Source: Octopus vulgaris (taxonomy: Eukaryota). From it: a stretch of DNA of 64,000 nt. Every line of letters begins with the position of its first letter. Position 1 is the first letter of the stretch. Positions 57,594-64,000 of the stretch are shown in pieces. The notes below the pieces were generated by a model, which saw nothing but the letters and a program-made list of their open reading frames with translations, ran no database searches and was not told where the DNA came from. Location of the stretch: assembly GCA_951406725.2 (NCBI GenBank), contig OX597836.1, forward strand, positions 39,742,001-39,806,000, in the 5' to 3' direction. The translations under genes were made by a program, and so were the position numbers.

Positions 57594-58357
57594 CCTATTT
57601 TACTGCCCACAAGGGGCTAAACACAGAGGAGACAAGCAAGGACAGACAAAGGATTAAGTCGATTATATCGACCCCAGTGCGTAACTGGTACTTATTTAAT
57701 CGACCACGAAAGGATGAAAGGAAAAATCGAACTCGGCGGAATTTGAACTCAGAACGTAACGGCAGACGAAATACCTATTTCTTTACTACCCACAAGGAGC
57801 TAAACACAGAGAAGACAAACAAGGACAGACAAACGGATTAAGTCGATTATATCGACCCCAGTACGTAACTGGTGCTTATTTATTTAATCGACTCCGAAAG
57901 GATGAAAGGCAAAATCGACCTCGGCGGAATTTGAACTCAGAACGTAACGGCAGACGAAAAACCTATTTCATTACCACCCACAAGGGGCTAAACACAGAGG
58001 GGACAAACAAGGACAGACAAACGGATTAAGTCGATTACATCGACCCCAGTGCGTAACTGATACTTATTTAATCGACCCCGAAAGGATGAAAGGCAAAGTC
58101 GACCTCGGCGGAATTTGAACTCAGAACGTAGTGGCAGACGAAATACCTCTAAGCATTTCGCCCGGCATGCTAACAATTCTTATTTGTTTATTGCCCTCAA
58201 GGGGCTAAACACAGAGGAGACAAACAAGGACAGACAAAGAGATTAAGTCGATTACATCGACTACAGTGCGTAACTAGTATTTAATTTATCGACCCCGAAA
58301 GGATGAAAGGCAAAGTCGACCTCGGCGGTATTTGAACTCAGAACGTAACGGCAGACG
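57594..58357 (-). mobile_element. SINE family A tetrameric array
   Basis: Four tandem units; head truncated. Confidence 0.92.
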
Positions 58358-58769
58358 TTGATAACGAAAACACGCTAATGAATTTAGCGCATGCTGAGTA
58401 AAGTGTTCGACATTAGCAAACAACGAAACCCCTGACCCATGAGCAGGAAGTCTAATTCATTATCACATTGGTCATCTTTGTTCTGTAGAGATAGCATAAT
58501 ACCTATTCATGAAACATACGTAAAAAAATCATCATGATCAGTTTCGCACAGGCAAACGTATACAGAAAAGCACATACGTATACAGAAGCGCCGACACATA
58601 ATCACACACATACACACACACACACACAAACAGGTACAAACACATACATATTATGGCTGCACACGTTGATATTTCTGTTTTGTTTTATGTTTCCTACGTT
58701 CGCTGCTTTTCATTGTCTTGGTACATTTACCCCCAGCCCTCCCCACCCCACCCTACCGTACCTCATTAT

Positions 58770-60070
<1,301 letters not shown>

Positions 60071-60561
60071 ACGCTTATGAATCCCCTCTCTGTTAAATAT
60101 TATATAACAGCGCAGGAGAAAATAAAATAAACACGTCAGTTTCTGGAAACAAACTACAAAGAAGAACGTGTTTAATTGTAGAAAAGCGTTAAAAATATTG
60201 GTACTATAATCTGGCAATGTCTGGCAGACTCTGGCAATGTTCCTATTTCCACACCGTGTCAGATGAAGCAAACCACAGCACGCGCATTGGCACACGTTCT
60301 CTCACACATTCTCACGCATACATACAGATAGGAGAGCAACAGAGGAGTAAAAATTAATAGGTTAAAATAAAAATAGTTGAATTTTTGAATCGGTTGATAT
60401 TTTGAAACATATATCGAATATTCAGTCGAAACGTGGAAACTTTGGAATTGCGTCAAAATAAACACCTACACTAACGAGGGAAATTTTATATGGAAGCTAA
60501 ATCTGCAAGAAATAGAAGTTAAAACAGCCGCACGTAACTTATAATTATCAATAGGTCAAGC

Positions 60562-61070
60562 TAAGGTGGTGAGCTGGCAGAAACGTTAGCACGCCAGGCG
60601 AAACGCTTAGCGGTATTTCGTCTGCCGCTACGTTCTGAGTTCAAATTCCGCCGAGGTCGACTTTGCCTTTCATCCTTTCGAGGTCGATAAATTAAGTACC
60701 AGTTGTGCACTGGGGTTGATGTAATCGATTTGCTCCGTTTGTCTGTCCTTGTGTGTCCGGCGTGCTCACGCTTCAGCCAGCTCACCGCCGTGACTTAACT
60801 AACCGAAACACCGAAGTCACTGTGAGCAACATTTTTGTATAAGAATAATAAATTTGTATGTCAACAAGAGTGTAGAGCAACCCATCAGCTTACTGTTCAA
60901 TTGTCTCTATTATAACGTTCTGAGTTCAAATTCCGCCTAGGTCGGCTTTTGCCTTTCATCTTTTCGGTGCCGATAAAATAAGTACCAGTCATACGTTGGG
61001 GTCGATGTAATCGACTTATTCCTTCACCGAAATGATTGGCTTTGTCCCCAAAATTTGAAATCATTATAAT
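60562..61070 (+). mobile_element. Two SINE family A pieces (60562-60755, 60915-61070)
   Basis: Family A head and core motifs. Confidence 0.85.
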
Positions 61071-61215
61071 AGAACATAAAAACAAACATGTATATATATA
61101 TATACATATATGTATGTATGAATGTATGTATATGTATGTATGAATGTATGTATATGTATGTATATATATGTGTGTGTGTATGTGTATGTATGTATGTATA
61201 TATATATACACATAT

Positions 61216-61299
<84 letters not shown>

Positions 61300-61529
61300 T
61301 GTATGCCTTTCCTGCGTAATAAGGTAAACAATAAGGTTTCATCTAATGAGAGTCCAATATTAACGTATGAGTTATTAAATTATGCAGGAAACGCATACAT
61401 TAATATTGGACTCTCATTAGATGGAGAGGTCATCATGTTGACCTTTTTACGCAAATCAATTTACTATGTATATAATTAAATAAATATATATATATACATA
61501 CATATATATATATATATATAAATCGTTAT

Positions 61530-61820
61530 ATTTTACTTGCTTCAGTCATTGGATTACAGCCATGCTGGAGCACCACCATGAAAGGTTTAGCTGTAGAAAT
61601 AGACCCAAGTACGTATTTTATGTCTGGTCCTTATCTTTATCGGCCTCTCCTTGCCGAGCAGTAAAGTTACGTTGACGTAAACAAACTAACGTCGGTTGTC
61701 AAGAGATGTGAGAGGGCACATACAGAGTGACACACACATACAGACACACACATATGCTCGATGGGCTTCCATGCAGTTTTTTCTAATGAATTGATTTACA
61801 AGGTGTCTATAGCCTCGGCT
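61530..61820 (-). mobile_element. SINE family B, decayed
   Basis: cagccatgctggagcaccacc and collinear motifs. Confidence 0.7.
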
Positions 61821-61832
61821 ATGTGGAGGCTA

Positions 61833-62114
61833 TATGGAGGCGCAATGGCCCAGTGGCTAGGGCAGCGGACTCGCGGTCGGAGGATCGCGGTTTCGATTTC
61901 CAGACCGGGCGTTGTGTGTGTTTATTGAGCGAAAACACCTAAAGCTCTACGAGGCTCCGGCAGGGGGCGGTGGCGACCCCTGTTGTACTCTTTCGCCTCA
62001 ACTTACTCTCACTCTTTCTTCCTGTTTCTTGAGTAACGCTGCGATGGACTGGCGAACACATACGCCATAGAAACCGTGAAACCGGGCCCATGAGACTGGC
62101 TAGGCTTGAAAAGG

Positions 62115-62118
<4 letters not shown>
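61833..62118 (+). mobile_element. SINE family C
   Basis: tRNA head, ctgcgatggactggcg V-like motif, tail ggctaggcttgaaaagggcg. Confidence 0.88.
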
Positions 62119-62195
<77 letters not shown>

Positions 62196-62811
62196 TACAT
62201 AAATATAGGGATATATATATATATATACATACATATACATATATATATATATATATAAATATATACATACATATATACATATATGTGTGTGTATGTGTGT
62301 GTGTAGATATATGTACGCATGCATACACACACTCATACATACTCATGCTCACACACACAGACATTTTCTCTCGTAGATTCTTCCCAGTGTAATCAGAAAC
62401 GTGCTGATGAAACAAGAAAGTTCAAATAAGTTTGACTTTGCAAGTCAAAGGCAAAAAAAACATTAAACTTTCAGTAACCTTCATTATTACTGTTGTCGTT
62501 GTTGTTGTTGTTGTTATTGTTTGGTGGAAGAATTCTCGCCCGTCAGTAATCATCGTTGCCACCACTACCACCACATACACGCACAAGTACATACACACAT
62601 GCATACATAACACACATACATACAAACATGCATACATACATACATATATATATGCATAGATACATACATGTACATATGGATAAAGGTGTCAGCTGTTGAT
62701 TTAGTTTCAAGATCATCTGACGGCTTCCCACCAGGAATTCACATTACATTATACACACACACACACACACCACACACATATATATACATATAATGTATAT
62801 ATATAACTATG

Positions 62812-62857
<46 letters not shown>

Positions 62858-62968
62858 TATATATATACACACACATATATATAGCTATATATATATATAT
62901 ATATATATACAAACACATACATATACAAACATGCATATATCTATGCACATATATATATGTATATATTA

Positions 62969-63017
<49 letters not shown>

Positions 63018-63128
63018 AATTTATGCACATATATATGTGTGTATATGCATATATATATATAAATGTACACACACACACACACACACATACACACACATAT
63101 ATATATATATATATATATTTGTGTTTGT

Positions 63129-63162
<34 letters not shown>

Positions 63163-63419
63163 TGGAATGCAATTTTGAAACAAGACACCTAATTATATTG
63201 GCTATTATACACTTAGCAGTGTTTATTGGAACTAAACCACTAATAGATTAACATCTCAGCATATTTCAACATAATTCTTTCACCATCTCTCTCTCCTCCT
63301 TCACACCTCACCCTCTCTTTCAATCATCCTCTCTCTCTCTCTGTCTCTGTCTCTCTCTCACTCGTTCTCCGTTGTTCTCTATCTTCCGTTGTTCTCTCAC
63401 CTTGTTAGCGCCAAAAAGA

Positions 63420-63930
63420 ACCAACGAACGATGTGTACCATTTGTAAAAGACGTTAGATCTGACATGCAGCAGGTCAGTTGAATGGTATTATCTAGATGC
63501 AAAATTCTCTTGACCATGTCGGGAGAATCCAGTTGTCCTGAGCTTTGAACCAGATCTTTGTACGTAGAGTAACATGCTTTCCTGAGGTGTGGCAAGGATC
63601 CCGCTGCCACACTTATGGCCTCTCAACAGCAGCCCTTTCCAGCCAGAGATTAATCACAGTCTTCATCAGTTTCACATTGCCGTCTGAATTGAGTCTTAGG
63701 CTCTGTTCATCAGTTGTTTGATTAACACCGACGTTGGGACTCAGTCAGAACGTATGCTGTGTCCCTTCCTGCAGGCCATGGTTTCATAATCTTCGTTGTA
63801 GCTGTCCATATCACATTTTACAACCTTTACAGTGTTCACAGAGCATTCAACAGCAATCAAGATATAGGTATTTTGGTACCCGGAGCGAATAACCATGATA
63901 CAGAAAACTTTTTTCCAATATTCAGATAGT
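63420..63930 (-). pseudogene. Decayed Tc1/mariner-superfamily transposase (probably DD37D/maT-like)
   Basis: Minus-strand fragments IRSGYQNT..AVECSVNTVK..DYETMACRKGHSIRSD and LRLNSDGNVKLMKTVINLWLERAAVERP*VWQRDPCHTSGK, the latter resembling the YVWQQDSAPCHTS catalytic motif. Confidence 0.7.
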
Positions 63931-63935
63931 TTCAA

Positions 63936-64000
63936 AGGTGGCAAACTGGCAGAAACGTTAGCACGCCGGGAGAAATGCTTAGGGGTATTTCGTATGCCGC
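63936..64000 (+). mobile_element. SINE family A head (runs off the window)
   Basis: aggtggcaaactggcagaaacgttagcacgccggg. Confidence 0.85.

Noticed and set aside
63320-63610. 96-aa ORF with an apparent splice donor (AACAAG|GTGAGA) as a host exon
   Set aside because: Adjacent frames give transposase catalytic-motif remnants, so it is better explained as a decayed Tc1/mariner element.

Overview
AT-rich, microsatellite-saturated animal genomic DNA. The SINE families and microsatellite spectrum suggest an octopus or other coleoid cephalopod (inference from pattern recognition, not from a search). No intact host protein-coding gene is visible, and almost all ORFs in the supplied track are microsatellite or SINE read-throughs. 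The window contains: (i) about 50 copies of four tRNA-headed SINE families (called A-D here), several with clear target-site duplications (TSDs), head-to-tail multimers and swapped modules; (ii) decayed LINE pieces (R4/Dong-type in (TAA)n tracts, an RTE-type C-terminus, a zinc-knuckle ORF1); (iii) decayed Tc1/mariner transposases, a hAT MITE, a Merlin-like MITE and two non-autonomous Helitrons; (iv) a ~1.1-kb local inverted duplication. The most interesting signal is a set of about six apparently unrelated short non-coding elements, mostly inside (TA)n tracts and often partly inverted. They carry minimal type-I hammerhead ribozyme motifs with palindromic stem III, several with a covarying 3-8 core pair (U3-A8 or A3-U8 instead of C3-G8). 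The best example (5011-5903) has a 356-nt cleavage-to-cleavage unit, an inverted segment and a 14-bp TSD, i.e. a Penelope-dependent, retrozyme-like element. Coordinates of decayed repeats are approximate, and all RNA folds were done by eye.
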